Below are positions 61,670-64,000 of a stretch of 64,000 nucleotides of DNA, piece by piece. Position 1 is the stretch's first letter, and the number at the start of each line of letters is the position of its first letter. A model generated the notes under the pieces. The model had not been told where the DNA came from. It did not search any database and saw nothing but the letters and a program-made list of their open reading frames with translations. The DNA comes from Anthoceros angustus (taxonomy: Eukaryota > Plantae > Anthocerotophyta). The stretch covers positions 59,444 through 123,443 of the forward strand of contig MU008224.1 in assembly GCA_010909165.1 (NCBI GenBank), in the 5' to 3' direction. A program made the translations under genes and the position numbers.

Positions 61670-62551
61670 TTATTGCCAGTCTTCGACACCTATTTTCATG
61701 TGCAGGTGCTTTTCCCGTTTTTGAAACTCAGTGATTCCCTTGCCGCTACCAGTCACTCCGACCTTGCCCTTGGGGTCATCCGGGGACTTGAATATGCTCT
61801 CCCTCTTTCTGCCCGTGAAAAAACCAATCTTCTTAGACTTGCCTTTAGCAGTTTGAAACTGATGCCAAGCATTCTGGCGCTTATTCTGCGTTAACTCCAT
61901 CTGCTCTATCCTCTGCTTGGACTTGAAAGCATGAATCTTCTTCCTCTTGGCAGCCTTCACCTCCTCAGAATCCTCGGGCAGAACGCGCAATTTAGGAGGC
62001 AAGTCCCTGGGCATAATCTCCATATCAGCAGCGTGAGCGATTTTGCGCTTGATGGCTTGCCGGGTGGCCTCCGCTTCTCTTTCAGCGTCCACCAAAGTAT
62101 CGGTTTCGCCATTGCCCTCATCTTCCGCCACTTTCAACTCCCTCACTTGGGAGGCATCCACTTCCTCGCTGTTGCCCCATACATCATACAACACCCTGTA
62201 GCCACTCTCCGTCACCGCCTCCACAGTGGCGTTGTACCACTCGCCGTCCTCGCTCCACCGTGCCTGCACCTTCTCCCCTGGCGATAGCACCTTCTGCAAC
62301 GCACCGCCTGCGTAGCGCTGGTGAGAGCCCGGCACTTCCTCGTCGGGCCCCTCCCCGCCTTGCCGGGTGGAGGAATGAAGTAAATCCCGCGTGAGCTCTA
62401 TCATCTCCTCCAGCTCCTTGGCCATTTCCTTGTACTCGCCATTTTCAGGATCCTCGTGGAGGATCTCTTTCACTTGGTCCAGCTGCGCTTGGAACGTGTC
62501 CAGATTGGCCTGCAACTCCTCCACGCTTTGTAGCATTCCATCCCGACTCAT
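61670..62551 (-). CDS. SPF30: Survival-of-motor-neuron-related splicing factor 30 (SPF30/SMNDC1), Tudor domain, intronless
   Basis: ATG at 62551. EELQANLDTFQAQLDQV...L.ELEEMIELT, Tudor (GEKVQARWSEDGEWYNATVEAV...YRVLYDVWGNSEEV), KRKKIHAFKSKQR, NAWHQF and ESIFKSPDDPKGKVGVTGSGKG. Confidence 0.95.
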   Translation of the reverse strand: MSRDGMLQSVEELQANLDTFQAQLDQVKEILHEDPENGEYKEMAKELEEMIELTRDLLHSSTRQGGEGPDEEVPGSHQRYAGGALQKVLSPGEKVQARWSEDGEWYNATVEAVTESGYRVLYDVWGNSEEVDASQVRELKVAEDEGNGETDTLVDAEREAEATRQAIKRKIAHAADMEIMPRDLPPKLRVLPEDSEEVKAAKRKKIHAFKSKQRIEQMELTQNKRQNAWHQFQTAKGKSKKIGFFTGRKRESIFKSPDDPKGKVGVTGSGKGITEFQKREKHLHMKIGVEDWQ

Positions 62552-62789
62552 CTTCGCTACCCGCACAGAGGAGCCAACAGATTTGCACAGAGTCGACGAG
62601 ATGGCTAGCACCCGGTGGACTGAGCCTAGGGTTCCGCCTTGCCAATGTCGAGGACGAGGTATGGATCATGCATTTATAAGCACACACACATATGTACCGG
62701 GGCGAACTTTAATAAATTAATTCGGTAGGTGCATACTACCTGCATACCTGTATGAAGGAAAGTGGAGATAGAGTAAACCCATCATAGGG

Positions 62790-63040
62790 ATATGTTTTAT
62801 TGAGGGGAAAAATAATAGGTCTGCTCCATACCGCTTTGTATGTTTTGCTTTGGTATATGACTCGATAAATTTATCAAATTAAAGTCTTTAGCCAACGCCC
62901 CATAAGTCTCCAAGGCCAGCGAGATCAAGAGTGCATTCCCTTATACTTAGTAACCTTGAAAGTCGACATTTTAGGAAAATGGTCCACAGCAAGGGGACTT
63001 GGCGCTGGTGCCTGGCGAAGCGGCCCAACGGCTGGATGGA
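62790..63040 (-). mobile_element. Small second remnant of a CRE-like restriction-like endonuclease domain
   Basis: KVTKYKGMH(fs)LISLALETYGALAKDF (62881-62960) parallels KIHKFF..AFIPFAIETHGAMGKDF of the 29194..30005 fragment. Confidence 0.45.
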
Positions 63041-64000
63041 AGCACGGCGCAGGATGGTAGAAGCGCGGCAAGTGAGGTGGGCGCGGTCGTGGAGAATGCC
63101 GATTCCACTGAAGTGGAGAGGGTGGATGCTCATGGCGTGGAGCGGGAAGCGGCGAGAGAGGAGCAGGGTGCCGGAGGGGAGCAACTTCACACAGGAGCCC
63201 TCCTCTTCGGCAGCAGACTCCAAGTGGAGTAGGTGTCTCCAACAGGTGGGGAGCTAACACTACAGCTGTTTCCTGCAGGAGAGAATCCAAAGCTGTTAGA
63301 GGAGGGATCTGCCAGGGCCGTGACATCCGGAGGGAACGAGGAAATTGGCGTGAGTCCGGAGCAAGAGGACTTTGTCCAACTTGAGGAGCATGGTGGTGCT
63401 GCCCAAGAGGCCGACCGTGTGGCTGGGGAGAGAGATGGCATAGGTTTTGTGGACCTTCTGATCGGTGGCAACGGACAACCCCCAACAACGTGGCAGGAGG
63501 GTGCCTGTGGAGGGGAGGAAACTCCTCCACTGGGAGTGGAGGCGGTCTCTTGGTGGGCCAGTTGCGGAGGAGGGCCAAGGCGCTATGATGGTGAGGAGGC
63601 GGTGAGGAGGAGGACACGGCGAGGCGAGGAGGCGGTGAGGAGGCGAGGCGAGATGTGGAGATGGCGGATCTTTGAGGTGGAGGAAGACATGCCGACTACA
63701 TTGCCACTACAGAATTGGTGTGGAGCACGGCGGGATGGTAGAAGCGCGGCAAGAGTGAGGTGGGCGCGGTCGTGGAGAATCTGGATTCCTTTGAAGTGGA
63801 GGGTGGATGCTCATGGCGTGGAGGCGGGAGGCGAGAGAGGAGGCGGTCTTGGGAGGAGCAACTTCACACAGGAGCCCTCCTCTCTTGGCGGACTCAAGTG
63901 GAGTAGGTGTCTCAGCAGGTGGGAGCTAACACTCGTTTCCTGGGAGAATCCAAGGCATTAGAGGAGGATCTGCCCGGGCGTGACATCCGGGAGGAGCGAG
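63040..64000. repeat. GC-rich direct duplication (about 63040-63335 repeated at about 63727-64000), probably repeat-element sequence
   Basis: Second copy differs mainly by small deletions and runs off the window end. Confidence 0.7.

Overview
Eukaryotic nuclear DNA from a green plant, most likely a streptophyte alga or early-diverging land plant. Genes are GC-rich with short GT-AG introns, spacers are AT-rich and (TACA)n microsatellites are common. From memory, abundant TATG/TACA repeats were reported in Zygnema, but the species cannot be fixed from this window. Host genes: three TBL/PC-esterase-like O-acetyltransferases (plus a partial 3' duplicate), an intronless O-fucosyltransferase-like gene, an intronless GT92 galactan-synthase-like gene, a tail-anchored LEA-like protein, two paralogues of an uncharacterised plant family (one with ten tandem WG repeats), a kelch-repeat protein, PRP38 and an intronless SPF30/SMNDC1. 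Mobile DNA: a decayed Copia pol, a roughly 10.8-kb shuffled Sola-like DDD transposon block, two remnants of CRE-like non-LTR elements with a restriction-like endonuclease, a 1.9-kb non-autonomous TIR element, a LINE/SINE 3'-end family with a (TTC)n tail, and inverted/tandem copies of an LTR-element accessory ORF. Several duplications differ mainly by small deletions and join at short microhomologies, so part of the repeat structure may be assembly or consensus artefact. Best leads: the WG-repeat candidate Argonaute-hook protein and its repeat-less paralogue, the local grouping of cell-wall glycan enzymes, two long hairpins, and the microhomology-joined transposon mosaic. No prokaryotic system, CRISPR array, rRNA or tRNA is supported. 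Exon boundaries were read by eye.
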